DNA of 64,000 nucleotides from an uncultured Planctomycetota bacterium (GTDB taxonomy: Bacteria > Planctomycetota > Planctomycetia > Isosphaerales > Isosphaeraceae). The notes beneath the pieces were generated by a model, which saw only the letters and a program-made list of their open reading frames with translations, was not told the DNA's origin and did not search any database. This document shows positions 32,072 through 42,910 of this stretch, piece by piece. The stretch lies in contig CAWJTV010000049.1 in assembly GCA_963845755.1 (NCBI GenBank), forward strand, positions 64,001-128,000. The letters run 5' to 3'. Both the position numbers and the translations under genes were made by a program. Numbering within the stretch: position 1 is the stretch's first letter; each line of letters starts with the position of its first letter.

Positions 32072-32530
32072 TCAATGTCTCGGGCTGGCGAGAATGGCGA
32101 AAGACAGCAAAGCCAGGAGGACCAGGACAATCCAGGCCTTGAATTGAGTTCGCAATCGGGGTACACGGAGCCATCCGGCGTCGGGATGATGCAGCCGCGC
32201 AACGACAGCGGGACACGCGTGCCGTGCGGCGCGGACGGCCCATCCGGTTGCCCCGCAATCGAGGCAGTGGTATTGACCGAGTGGCAAGGGAACGACGAAC
32301 AAGATCAGCCCGAAGAGGAACAACCCCAGGTGGTGCAGGCTGAGCGCCTGACGAATGGCAAGATAGGCGGCCAGGCAGATCAGGAGCGCAGAGCCGGGTT
32401 GGCGACCAGCCGCTGACATTCCGAGAGCGACCAGTGCGGTTCGACTGGCGGCCGTTGCCGGCTGTCGATGTCGGGATCGAAGACTCCCTGCCCCTGTATT
32501 CGCGTCACCACCGGAGACCCTCCCCGTCAA
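32072..32530 (-). CDS. Hypothetical membrane protein with Cys/His motif (start uncertain)
   Basis: Three hydrophobic segments and YHCLDCG...HAC. Confidence 0.55.
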   Translation of the reverse strand: MTGRVSGGDANTGAGSLRSRHRQPATAASRTALVALGMSAAGRQPGSALLICLAAYLAIRQALSLHHLGLFLFGLILFVVPLPLGQYHCLDCGATGWAVRAARHACPAVVARLHHPDAGWLRVPRLRTQFKAWIVLVLLALLSFAILASPRH

Positions 32531-32626
32531 CCACGACGGAATCGAGAGCGTAATACGACGGACATCGCCCTCATCTTATTCTACGATCCTATCGGGTGCA
32601 GGGGTCGCCGCGGGACGCAAGCGCGA

Positions 32627-32656
32627 TTGACAGTCTCGCGCGAAACGCACGATAAT
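32627..32656 (+). promoter_or_regulatory. Putative sigma70 promoter of metH
   Basis: TTGACA-N18-GATAAT about 120 nt upstream of the metH ATG. Confidence 0.6.
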
Positions 32657-32778
32657 CAAGCCGATAATGGCTTTACGACATTCTCTCCGGGGCGACAAGC
32701 CCCGCATTTTCGGACAGACCTGCTTTCAAATTCCTGGTTCGAGGAGCGAACCCCTCCTCCTTGGGTGACACATTGGCG

Positions 32779-35700
32779 ATGCCGAAAACCGGAACCGACG
32801 ACAATCGCGGGCGGCTCGAGGAGATCCTATCGAGACGGATCATGCTACTCGACGGCTCGATGGGTGCACTCCTCTACTCCTACGAACTGAACGAGGAGGA
32901 TTACCGAGGCAAACGGTTCGCGCGGCATCCGGTGAATCTGAAGAACTGCACCGAAGCGCTGGTGCTCTCCCAACCCAAGATCATCGAGGACATCCATCGC
33001 GCCTATCTGGATGCCGGCGCCGACATCATCGAGACCGACACCTTTAACGGGACGGCGGTCTCGCTCGGGGAGTTCAGCCTCCAGGAGTACGTCGGCGAGA
33101 TCAACACGACGGCAGTGGAACTGGCGCCGCCGATTGGCCGACGAATACACCCGGAAGGACCCGGACAAGCCTCGGTTCGTCGCGGGCAGCATCGGGCCGA
33201 CCACCAAGCAGCTCTCGATGGGGATTCACGTCGAGGATCCGGGCGCCGCGATGTGACCTTCGACCAGATGGTCGCCACTTATGAGGAGCAGATTCGCGCC
33301 CTGATCGAAGGCGGTGCCGACATCCTGCTGCCGGAGACCTCCTTCGACACGCTCGTCTTGAAGGCGTGCCTGTTCGCCATCGAGAAGGTCTTCGACGAGA
33401 CCCGGACGAGGCTGCCGGTCATGATCTCGGGGACGATCTTCGACAATGGCAGAACGCTCTCCGGCCAACCGATCGAGGCATTCTATTATTCGGTCTCGCA
33501 TATCGACGCGATGAGCGTGGGGATCAATCTGCGCCGTGGGTGTCGAGCTGATGCGGAGCTCGATCGAGGCGCTGTCGTCGATCTGCCGGACGCGAGTCAG
33601 TTGTTATCCGAACGCCGGCATGCCCGACGGCTTCGGGGGTTTCCGGGGCGACCGCGACAGGACCGCGGCCACGCTCGGCGAATTCGCCAGGAACGGATGG
33701 CTCAATATCATCGGCGGCTGCTGCGGTACGCGACCCGACTGGATCTCGGCCATCGCTCGAGAAGTGGAAGGGGTGCCGCCACGCCAGGTTCCCGATGTCC
33801 CGCACTGGTCCACCTACAGTGGCATGGATTCGCAGGTGATCCGTCCCGAGACTAACTTCGTGATGGTCGGCGAGCGCACCAACATCACCGGCTCGAAGCG
33901 GTTCGCCCGGCTGATCAAGGCTGGCGACTACGAGGCCGCCCTGGCCGTGGCCCTCGACCAGGTCGAAGGAGGTGCGAACATCATCGACGTCAACATGGAC
34001 GAGGGCCTCATCGACGGCGAGCAGGCCATGACCCGGTTCCTCAACCTGATCTCGGCCGATCCCAATATCGCCAAGGTCCCGATCATGGTCAACAGCTCCG
34101 ACTGGAAGGTCATCGAGTCGGGACTAAAATGCGTCCAGGGGAAGTCGATCGTCAACTCGATCAGCCTCAAGGGGGGCGAAGAGGAGTTCCTCCGGCAGGC
34201 TCGCCTGGTCCGTCGCTACGGTGCCGCCGTCGTCGTCATGGCCTTCGACGAGCAAGGCCAGGCCGTGACCAGGGAGCACAAGGTCGCAATCTGCCTGCGA
34301 GCCTACAAGCTGTTGACCGAGCGGGTCGGCTTCCCGCCCGAGGACATCATCTTTGATGTCAACATCCTCACCGTCGGCACCGGCATCGAGGAGCACAACC
34401 ACTACGCGGTCGAGTTCATCGAGGCCGTGCGCGAGCTGAAGCGGCTGCTCCCCGATTGCAAGACCTCCGGCGGCGTGAGCAATGTGTCCTTCTCCTATCG
34501 CGGCAACGACTTCGTCCGCGAGGCCATGAACGCCGCGTTCCTGTATCACGCCATCCGCGCCGGTCTGGACATGGGGATCGTCAACGCCGGCCAGCTCGAA
34601 GTCTACGAGGAAATCCCCAAGGACCTGCTCGAACGCGTCGAGGACGTGCTCCTCGATCGCCGGCCGGACGCCGCCGACCGGCTGACCGAGTTCGCCGAAT
34701 CGGTAAAGACGGGGAACAAGAAGGACAGGGGCAAGGATCTGGCCTGGCGCGAAGGATCCGTCGCCGAGCGGCTCAAGCACGCGTTGATCACGGGCACGGT
34801 CGACTTCATCGACGTGGACACCGAGGAGGCCCGTCAGACCTACGAACGGCCGCTGCACATCATCGAAGGGCCGCTCATGGACGGCATGAACGTCGTCGGT
34901 GACCTCTTCGGCGCGGGCAAGATGTTCCTTCCCCAGGTCGTCAAGAGCGCCCGGGTCATGAAGAAAGCCGTGGCGTATCTGACCCCGTTCATGGAGGCCG
35001 AAAAGGCCGCAGCAGCGGCTGCCGCATCCGCCGGCTCGAACGGCAATGGGGCGGACTACGAGCGCAAGGCGCGCGGGCGAATCTTGATGGCGACCGTCAA
35101 GGGGGACGTCCATGATATCGGCAAGAACATCGTGGGCGTCGTCCTGGCCTGCAACGATTATGAGATCATCGACCTGGGCGTGATGGTCCCCTGCGAAAAG
35201 ATCCTCAAGGAAGCTCAGGAACGCCGGGTTGACCTGATCGGACTCTCGGGCCTGATCACGCCGTCGCTCGACGAGATGGTGCACGTCGCCCGCGAGATGC
35301 AGCGCCAACGGCTTCGAGCTGCCGCTCCTGATCGGCGGTGCGACGACCAGCTCCAAGCACACGGCGGTCAAGATCGCGCCGCAGTATCACGGGCCGGTCA
35401 TCCACGTGAAGGACGCGTCCAAGAGCGTGGGCGTGGTCGACCGCCTGGGACGTGCCGACGCCCGCGCCGAGCTCGACCGGAATAACCGTGTCCAGCAAGA
35501 ACAGGAACGCGCCGCCTTCGGCCGGCGCGCCGAGCGAAAGCTCGTCCCCTACGCCGAGGCCCTGCGGCGCCGGCTGGCGCTGGACTGGTCGGACCCGGCG
35601 CCGGCCGTTCCCGCGTTCCTTGGGCCCCGGACGCTTCGCGGCATCCCGCTGGAGCAGATCGTCCCCTTCATCGATTGGTCTCCGTTCTTTATGTCCTGGG

Positions 35701-36522
35701 AGCTCAAGGGGAAGTATCCGCGTATCTTCAACGACCCCGAGGTGGGACCTCGCGCCAAGGAGCTCTTCGACGATGCCCGGGAGCTGCTCGGCCGGATCGT
35801 CGCCGGGAAGCGGCTGACCGCGAACGCGGTCTATGGGTTCTTCCCGGCCAATAGCGACGGGGATGACATCATCGTCTACGAAGACGAGTCCCGGCAGGCC
35901 GAGCGGATGCGGCTCCCGACGTTGCGGCAGCAGTGGGAACGCGACGGCCAGACCTCGTTCCGCTCGCTGGCCGACTACATCGCGCCGCGCGATTCGGGAG
36001 TCGCCGATTATCTGGGTGCCTTCGCGGTAACGACCGGGATCGGCGTGGAATCGCTGGTCGAGCAGTACGAGCGGGACCACGATGACTACAACGCCATCAT
36101 GGCCAAGGCTCTGGCCGACCGCCTGGCCGAGGCTCTCGCGGAAATGCTCCACAAGCGCGTCCGTGAAGAGTGGGGGTACGGCCGCGCCGAAGGCTTCAGC
36201 TATGACGAACTGATCGAAGAGAAGTACCGAGGCATCCGGCCGGCATCCGGATACCCGACCTCGCCCGATCACACCGAGAAGCGCGCCTTGTGGCAGCTCC
36301 TGAACGCCGAGGAGGCCGCGGGGATCGTGCTCACGGAGTCCTTCGCCATGTATCCGGGCAGCGTCGGTCAGCGGGCTCTATTTCGCCCATCCCCAGGCCC
36401 GTTATTTCGCGGTCGACTTCCTCACTCGAGACCAGGTTGAAGCCTACGCGGCCCGCAAGGGCCTGCCCATCGCCGACGTCGAGCGATGGCTAGCTCCGAA
36501 CCTGGCGTACGATCCCGAGTGA
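32779..36522 (+). CDS. metH: Cobalamin-dependent methionine synthase (frameshifts ~33125, ~33243, ~33530, ~35305, ~36360)
   Basis: [73 protein letters not shown] motifs distributed over successive frames. Confidence 0.96.
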
Positions 36523-36620
36523 CGTGAATCGAGGTCGCGGAGTTCCCCCCGGCTTGGGCGCTGGTAGAATAGAGACGTACACGCCGTTTGTCCTCGGTCC
36601 TCATGCGAAGGGTTCTCTCC

Positions 36621-37419
36621 ATGAGCCACTTGACCCTACATTCCCCGAAACCCAAGATCGTTTACCCCGACAGCGATGGGCAGCCGATGGCCGAGAATCC
36701 GCTCCAGTTCCAGTGGATCGTGACGACCAAGGAGGGTCTGGACCGCGTCTTTCGCGACGATCCGCAGGTCTACGTCGCGGGCGATATGTTCTGGTACCCG
36801 GTCGAGGGGCACCCCGAGATCTGCCAGGCACCCGACACGCTGGTCGCATTCGGCCGCCCGAAGGGCTATCGTGGCTCGTACATGCAGTGGGTCGAGGGTG
36901 GGATCGCGCCTCAGGTCGTCTTCGAGATCCTTTCGCCGAGCAACCGGCCGGGGCCAATGATCGAGAAGTTCAAGTTTTACGAGAAATACGGGGTCGAGGA
37001 ATACTACGTCTACGACCCCTACGAGGTGATCCTGACCGGCTACCTGCGGACTGAAGGTGAGTTGCGGAAGATAGCGGAAACGAATGGCTGGACCAGCCGC
37101 AAACTCGGCATCCGGTTCGACCTCTCAGGGAGCGAGATGGTCATCTACGGACCCGATGGCCAGCGATTCCTGACCTACCAGGAGATCGCGGACGAGCGGG
37201 ATCGATTCGCTCGCGATCGCGACCAGATCGCCCAGGACCGCGACCAGATCGCCCAGGACCGCGACCAGATCGCCCAGGACCGCGACCAGGCTCGTCCAGG
37301 AGCGCGATCAGCTCGCCCAGAACCAGGAACGACTTACCCAGGAACTCCAGGCCGAGCGCCAACGGAACGAGCGAATGGCGGCCCAGTTGCGCGCGATGGG
37401 CCTGGAGCCGCCGCCGTGA
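36621..37419 (+). CDS. Uma2 (DUF820) PD-(D/E)XK endonuclease-like protein with coiled-coil tail (frameshift ~37290)
   Basis: YPDSDGQPMAEN, APD..VAFGRPK, PQVVFEILSPSN, KYGVEEYYVYDP; heptad tail ending ...AAQLRAMGLEPPP* in the shifted frame. Confidence 0.9.
37218..37320 (+). repeat. 21-bp coding tandem repeat (RDQIAQD)
   Basis: CGCGACCAGATCGCCCAGGAC x3 perfect (37218-37280) followed by degenerate copies. Confidence 0.95.
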
Positions 37420-37547
37420 TCCGAATCGAGCCGGTGCCCGACGAGCTCGTCGAATAATCCCGACGCGGCGGCGAATGACAATCGTCATACCTCGCGCCCA
37501 TCTGGCGGGAGGGCTCGATCAGATCGGACGCTAGCCGGGAGTGAGCC

Positions 37548-40325
37548 ATGCGCCTTGGCGTGGGACCGGTCTTCATCTACGAGTGCCTGGCGAACTCGCG
37601 GCGCTGGCAGAGCTACGCGATCCGGTCGTGTGGGGTGGCGGCGCTGCTGCTCGCCATGAGCACGATCGCCTGGTCGAATTCGACCCCCGTGGAACCGAAC
37701 GCATGGCGGGAGTACGCGCGGCTTGGTACGTACTACTTCTACGCGATGATCGGCGTGGAGCTGGCCCTGGTGATGCTCGCGGCGCCGGCGGCGACCGCGG
37801 GGGCGATCTGCATGGACCGTTCCCGAGGGACGCTGGCGCACATGCTCGCCACCGACCTCTCGGATCCGGAGATCGTCCTGGGCAAGCTGGCCGCGCGGCT
37901 CTTGCCGGTGCTAGGACTGGTCGCATGTTCCTGGCCAGTCCTGGCGATCAGCTCGCTCCTGGGTGGGATCGATCCGACCGCGTTGACGATGGCTTTCGCT
38001 GTCGTCCTGGCCGTGGCCCTCCTCGGCTGCACGATGGCCCTGGCGCTGTCGGTGTGGGCCCGGAAGCCGCACGAGGTCGTGCTGGTGACGTACACCTTCT
38101 GGATGCTCGTCCTGCTCCTCTGGCCGATCTGGTTCGGCCTGTCGAGAGGCGGGCTGATCAACGCCCCACCGTTGTGGACGCTCGTGGCCAATCCGTTCTA
38201 CCTGGCGTTCGCGCCGTACTCGGATCCGGGCAAGCTGGGGTTCGCAGACTACCTGGGCTTCTTCGTGGCGACGCTCGGGGCTTCCTGCCTCCTGACCGCA
38301 CTGGCTGTCTGGCGGATGCGGCCGGTCGCCGCGCGCGGGACTGGCGACCATCGCAAGGAACCGGGACTCGGCCGCCTGGGCCGGCTCGTGCGGTGGCTCC
38401 CCGGCCCTCGGCTCGACGGCAACCCGGTGCTCTGGCGCGAATGGCATCGCTCGCGGCCTTCCCCCTGGATGATGGGCCTCCTGCTGCTGGTGGGCGGGTC
38501 AACGACTATCGCTTGCGTCATCGGGGCAGTGACCTTCTGGGCCGAGGGAGTGGACCCCGGCAGCATGAATCCCGGGGCATCCGCCGGGGTCTTCGGATAC
38601 ATCCTCCAGTTGCTCTTCGGCCTCCTGATGCTCTCGGTCGTGGCGCCGACGGCGATGTCGGAGGAACGCCAGCGGGGCAGCCTCGATCTGCTGGCAACGA
38701 CCACGCTTCCGACCCGGACGATCGTACTCGGCAAATGGCTGGGGACGTTCCGGCTGGCCGCGCTCCTGGTTATGGGGCCGGGGCTGGTGGGGTTGGCGAT
38801 GGCCACGGCGTCCAAGGACTCGTGGAAAGCCGCCGCGACGGCGCGGGGATTCTACCAGGAGACCTCCCTCTCCAGCGGCGAAGTCTACTTTGGTGCCGCG
38901 CTCCTGGTCGCGACGATCCTGGTGCATGGCGCGCTCCTGACGAGCCTCGGCCTGGCGCTGGCCACCTGGATCCGACGGCAGAGCCGGGCCATCGCCATCA
39001 GCGTGTGCTTCTTCGTGGCCGTGGCCGTCGCATGGCCGATCCTGGTCGCGGTCATCCGGTCCCGGAGTGATAACCAGGGCATCATGGAGTTGAGTCCCAT
39101 CTTCCTGGCGGGGAGTTGCTCCGACCTGCTGACGTTCCGTGGGCCCCGGTTTCGGAGTCTGCTCTGGTGGGGCACGTTCTGGGATGTGGAGGTGGGCGCC
39201 CTCGCCATGGGGTTGCTCTGGCTGGCCGTCCGGACGTTCGACCGCTGCTTCGGACGCATCGCAGAACAACCACGGCGGACGCCATTGCTGTCGGACTTCG
39301 TCGTCGTCCTGGCGGGGTTACTGAATGCGGGGAGCCTCTTCGGCGCGATCGCGATGGGATTCCTGGGAATCCTGCCGGCGACTTCCACCTTCCCGATGAC
39401 CGCCGGGGCCTGGTGCTCCACGCTCCTGGTGGTCGCGGGCCTTCTCCTGCTGTACCCACTCGGGACGATGTCAACCACCGGGCGATGGGCGCCGCGCGCC
39501 CTCCAGGAAGAGTCCGCCTCGATACCCTCCGCACGAAGGATCGTCGCGCGGAAATGGTGGGAGGGCTTCCGCCTGGCCTTGCTGCTGGCGATCGGCCCCG
39601 GACTGATCGCCCTGGCCCTGGCCGCGGCGCCCCGGATCGAGCTGCCACGTCCGAGGATTGTGATCCAGCCTAATGGCGTGAAGGTCGTGGTCACCACCCA
39701 ACCGTGGGACGGGCAAGAGGTGCATCGACCGCTGCCCCCCGAGCCGCCGAAGCCGCCCGGGCCAGCGGCCTCGGGCACCCAGCCGGCGGCGCCGGATCCG
39801 GCCGAAGCGTTCGTGGAGCGGCTCGCGATGGAACAGGTGCAGTCTCATTGGGAGCCGGCCCTGAGCGAGCGGATCGCGATCACGGCGCTCGTAATCCTCA
39901 CGATCCTGGCCCACGGCGCGGCGATGACCGGCCTCGGCGTGTATCTGGGTGTCGGGCTCCGCCAGCGGAAACTCGTCATCGCAGGCGGCCTGTGCGCCTT
40001 GCTCGTGGCCGCCGTCGTCTGGCCCATCGTCGGCTTCCTCGTCTCCGATCCGGCTCACGCGAGGGGCCTGGCCTTGCTGAGCCCCATCTACGCCATGTCC
40101 TTCCTCCTGGACCATCACGACCTGCGCCCGGACGAGCTGGAGACGATGCTGATGTGGGGCAGGATCTGGATCATCGCGTTGATTCTCGCGACCATCGGAT
40201 TGTTGTGGCTGACCATCCGGAGAGTCGAGCTCGGCTTCCGGCGGGCGCACCGGAACGACGATGACACCCTGTCGGATTTCGTGCCGGAGCCGCCCGCCCG
40301 AGATGCGGTGCTGGTAGGCGATTGA
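37548..40325 (+). CDS. Multi-repeat ABC-2-type permease-like membrane protein
   Basis: DRSRGTLAHML..DLS..EIVLGKL, EERQRGSLDLL..T.L.TRTIVLGKW and a third degenerate IVARKWW repeat; 925 aa. Confidence 0.85.
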   Translation: MRLGVGPVFIYECLANSRRWQSYAIRSCGVAALLLAMSTIAWSNSTPVEPNAWREYARLGTYYFYAMIGVELALVMLAAPAATAGAICMDRSRGTLAHMLATDLSDPEIVLGKLAARLLPVLGLVACSWPVLAISSLLGGIDPTALTMAFAVVLAVALLGCTMALALSVWARKPHEVVLVTYTFWMLVLLLWPIWFGLSRGGLINAPPLWTLVANPFYLAFAPYSDPGKLGFADYLGFFVATLGASCLLTALAVWRMRPVAARGTGDHRKEPGLGRLGRLVRWLPGPRLDGNPVLWREWHRSRPSPWMMGLLLLVGGSTTIACVIGAVTFWAEGVDPGSMNPGASAGVFGYILQLLFGLLMLSVVAPTAMSEERQRGSLDLLATTTLPTRTIVLGKWLGTFRLAALLVMGPGLVGLAMATASKDSWKAAATARGFYQETSLSSGEVYFGAALLVATILVHGALLTSLGLALATWIRRQSRAIAISVCFFVAVAVAWPILVAVIRSRSDNQGIMELSPIFLAGSCSDLLTFRGPRFRSLLWWGTFWDVEVGALAMGLLWLAVRTFDRCFGRIAEQPRRTPLLSDFVVVLAGLLNAGSLFGAIAMGFLGILPATSTFPMTAGAWCSTLLVVAGLLLLYPLGTMSTTGRWAPRALQEESASIPSARRIVARKWWEGFRLALLLAIGPGLIALALAAAPRIELPRPRIVIQPNGVKVVVTTQPWDGQEVHRPLPPEPPKPPGPAASGTQPAAPDPAEAFVERLAMEQVQSHWEPALSERIAITALVILTILAHGAAMTGLGVYLGVGLRQRKLVIAGGLCALLVAAVVWPIVGFLVSDPAHARGLALLSPIYAMSFLLDHHDLRPDELETMLMWGRIWIIALILATIGLLWLTIRRVELGFRRAHRNDDDTLSDFVPEPPARDAVLVGD

Positions 40326-40335
40326 GGGGTGTCAC

Positions 40336-41082
40336 ATGAAGATGGTCTCGTACGTGTTCCGGGCTTGTGGCTCGATCCCAGGGGCTCTGATCTGGCATAC
40401 TGGAGAGGTGGTTGGCCAGTTTGAACAGGTCGCGGTCCGGAGCCTGCCGATTGTACTGGGCGCCGGGTTGAGCGTGGGATTGGTCGCATGGCTCCAGACG
40501 CATCGCCTGCTGGTCGAGCATGGGGCGGAATCGACCCTGCCGAGCTTCCTGGCGGTGGCCGTGCTGGTCGAGATCGGCCCGGTCCTTGCAGGGCCTGTTG
40601 GTCGCCAGCCGGATGGGAGCCGGCCTGGCCGCCGAGCTGGGCTCGATGCTCTTCCACGAAGAGATCGACGCCCGACTCGCACTGGGTGTCGATCCCATTC
40701 CGAGCCTGGTCGCGCCGCGAGCGATCGCGTGCGCGCTGGCCGTCCCGTTATTAACGGTGATTCTCGACGCCTCGGCGCTATTGGGGGACTGGGCGCCGAG
40801 CTGGCCGCCGGCAAGCTGACGGCGGCACTGTTCTGGAGCAAGTCGCTGGTGTTCCTCCGGCTCTGCGACATCATCCCGGCGACGCTCAAGACGGGCATCT
40901 TTGGGCTGCTGGTGGGCCTGGTCGCCTGCTGGACCGGCTTGAATTCCGGCCGATCGGCCGAGGCCGTTGGCCGGGCGGCGATCCGCGGCGTGGTCCGGAG
41001 CATCCTGGCCGTGTTCGCCGCCAACGTGGTGATGGTCCCCCTGATCCAGGCAGGAAACCGGATGATGGGATGGGACGGCTGA
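40336..41082 (+). CDS. mlaE: MlaE family permease (two compensating frameshifts ~40590 and ~40785)
   Basis: EIGPVLAG-LLVASRMGAGLAAELGSM..EEIDA..LGVDP..LVAPR, AEAVGRA..RGVV motifs. Confidence 0.88.
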   Translation: MKMVSYVFRACGSIPGALIWHTGEVVGQFEQVAVRSLPIVLGAGLSVGLVAWLQTHRLLVEHGAESTLPSFLAVAVLVEIGPVLAGPVGRQPDGSRPGRRAGLDALPRRDRRPTRTGCRSHSEPGRAASDRVRAGRPVINGDSRRLGAIGGLGAELAAGKLTAALFWSKSLVFLRLCDIIPATLKTGIFGLLVGLVACWTGLNSGRSAEAVGRAAIRGVVRSILAVFAANVVMVPLIQAGNRMMGWDG

Positions 41083-41165
41083 CGATGAATGAATGGTGAA
41101 AGGAAGCCGCGTTCAGAGTCCCAGGAAAGGAGGCCGGGAAACCACGAACCGAAAGGTGACCGACG

Positions 41166-42284
41166 ATGAGGCGCGAGATCGGGCGGTGGCGGCTGGCGGC
41201 CAACGCGGGATTCGTCCTGGCGGTCCTGGCCGTCGCGGGATTCGGGTTGTATCAGGTCGCCGGTCGGCACTGGAAGGTTCAGCCGACGTTCCAGGTTCGG
41301 GCGGAATTCACCACGATTGCCGGAGTCGAGGCCGGCCATCGGGTCCGGCTCCAGGGGATTGACGCCGGAGTCGTCGATCGGGTGGTCCCGCCGCGCGAGC
41401 CGGGCGCCCCGGTCGAGCTGGTCCTGCGGATCGACGAACGGCTGCATTCGCTGGTCCGCTCCGACACGGTGGCCCGGATCGTCTCCGAGGGCCTGGTCGG
41501 CGCCAAGCTTGTGGAGCTGACCCCCGGTCGTCCCGATACACCCGTCGTCGCCAACCTGGCCCGGATCGCCTCCGAACGCCCCATCGAGGTCGCCGACCTG
41601 CTGAAGAAGGCCGCCGGCTCGCTGGCGCGGCTCGATACGCTCGCCCAATCCGCCGAAAAGGGCCTCGGTGAGGTCAACGCCATCGCCGGATCGATCCGTC
41701 GGGGAGAGGGCAGCCTGGGCAAGTTCGTCCGGGATGACACGGTCTATCGCGACCTGGTCGCGCTGTCACGGCGGGGCGAGCGCACCCTCACGGCCCTGGA
41801 GGAGAACCTCGATGCCCTCAAGCAGACCTGGCCGTTGTCGCGGTATTTCGATCGCCGCGCCTACCTCGACCGGGAGCGCGTGCTGTTCCAGCCAGGGGCC
41901 ACTCGGAATAGCCGGGCCTTCCGAGCCGAAGATCTCTTCGAGCCCGGACGCTCGGTCCTGACCCCTTTCGGTCGTGCCCGGCTCGACGAGGTCGCCCGAT
42001 GGTGCAAGCAGGCCAGCCGGCCCAGGTCGGAAGTCGTGATCGCCGCGTTTACCGACGACGCCCGCGACGAGGATCTCGCCGAGATCCTCACCCAGGAGCA
42101 GGCCGACGCCGTCCGCAACTACCTCGTCGAGAAGCACTCAATCCAGTCCGCCGGCTGGTTCAAGCATCGCAAGGTCGCCTCGGTCGGCTTCGGTACCCAT
42201 ACACCCAGGACCCTCGACGCCGATCCCGTCGGACAACACCCGTCGCGCCGCGTCGAGATCATCCTGTTTACACCCCAGACCTGA
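41166..42284 (+). CDS. mlaD: MlaD/MCE protein fused to an OmpA-C-like domain
   Basis: TM helix, GVEAGHRVRLQGIDAGVV, SEGLVGAKLVELTPG, GEGSLGK; C-terminal LFEPGRSVL...AFTD...QADAVRNYL...GFG...RRVEI. Confidence 0.88.
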   Translation: MRREIGRWRLAANAGFVLAVLAVAGFGLYQVAGRHWKVQPTFQVRAEFTTIAGVEAGHRVRLQGIDAGVVDRVVPPREPGAPVELVLRIDERLHSLVRSDTVARIVSEGLVGAKLVELTPGRPDTPVVANLARIASERPIEVADLLKKAAGSLARLDTLAQSAEKGLGEVNAIAGSIRRGEGSLGKFVRDDTVYRDLVALSRRGERTLTALEENLDALKQTWPLSRYFDRRAYLDRERVLFQPGATRNSRAFRAEDLFEPGRSVLTPFGRARLDEVARWCKQASRPRSEVVIAAFTDDARDEDLAEILTQEQADAVRNYLVEKHSIQSAGWFKHRKVASVGFGTHTPRTLDADPVGQHPSRRVEIILFTPQT

Positions 42285-42387
42285 GTGGAGAGTCGTCACC
42301 TCACCGGGCCGGCGTCGCGTCGCCGGCATGCCGCAATGAAGCGAATGCAGGACGTCAACGTGCCTGGAGGGTCCGGATGCAACCCGA

Positions 42388-42759
42388 CTATCCCTTCCCC
42401 TTCTTCAGTCGGACTCGTTCTCGGTTCTCTTTCACGCGGGCCCTTACGATCTTGCTGATCAAGGCGTAGGGAATCGGTTTATCGAGCGGAAACCTCAAGT
42501 TGCCCTTCTCTCCCGCGTAGATTGTTATCTCCTTCATGAGCTTCGCGTCTCCTCTCACCGGAGGATAGAAACCGATGTGATTCTTGAAGGCCGCGAAGTG
42601 AACCAGGTTGCCGTGGAGGGTGAAAGTCGGAATCCGATAGCTGATCTTCTCCTCAGCCTCCGGTGCGGCCTCGTTAACCGTCCCCCTGATTCTTTGGAGG
42701 ATTTCCTGTATCTCGGGCGAGAACGCTGCGATGTACTCGTCAATAGTCTTGGCCGCCAT
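42388..42759 (-). CDS. DUF1801/YdhG-like protein
   Basis: TIDEYI, APEAEEKISY.IPTF, FAAFKNHIGFYP, KGNLRFPLDKPIP motifs. Confidence 0.9.
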   Translation of the reverse strand: MAAKTIDEYIAAFSPEIQEILQRIRGTVNEAAPEAEEKISYRIPTFTLHGNLVHFAAFKNHIGFYPPVRGDAKLMKEITIYAGEKGNLRFPLDKPIPYALISKIVRARVKENRERVRLKKGKG

Positions 42760-42910
42760 GTGGTGAGCCCTCACACTGCAACGAGGATCTCTACGGATAA
42801 TCCAGACGAAACCCGACCGGAAAAGCCGCCTGCGGTTGGCTGACGGACCGATCGCCCACCAAAGTTGCTCGGCCGGGTCCGATCCGCGAGAGGGAGATAG
42901 CCGGCCTGGT

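Noticed and set aside
32058..32072. GGATTCGAA as a tRNA T-loop on the minus strand
   Set aside because: No cloverleaf, acceptor stem or anticodon arm around it.
32779..36522. metH, argF, rph and others as true pseudogenes or programmed frameshifts
   Set aside because: Breaks are scattered, lack slippery heptamers and leave catalytic motifs intact; sequencing indels are more parsimonious.
37218..37320. Short direct repeats as a possible CRISPR array
   Set aside because: Head-to-tail 21-mers without spacers, in frame within a CDS; no cas genes.
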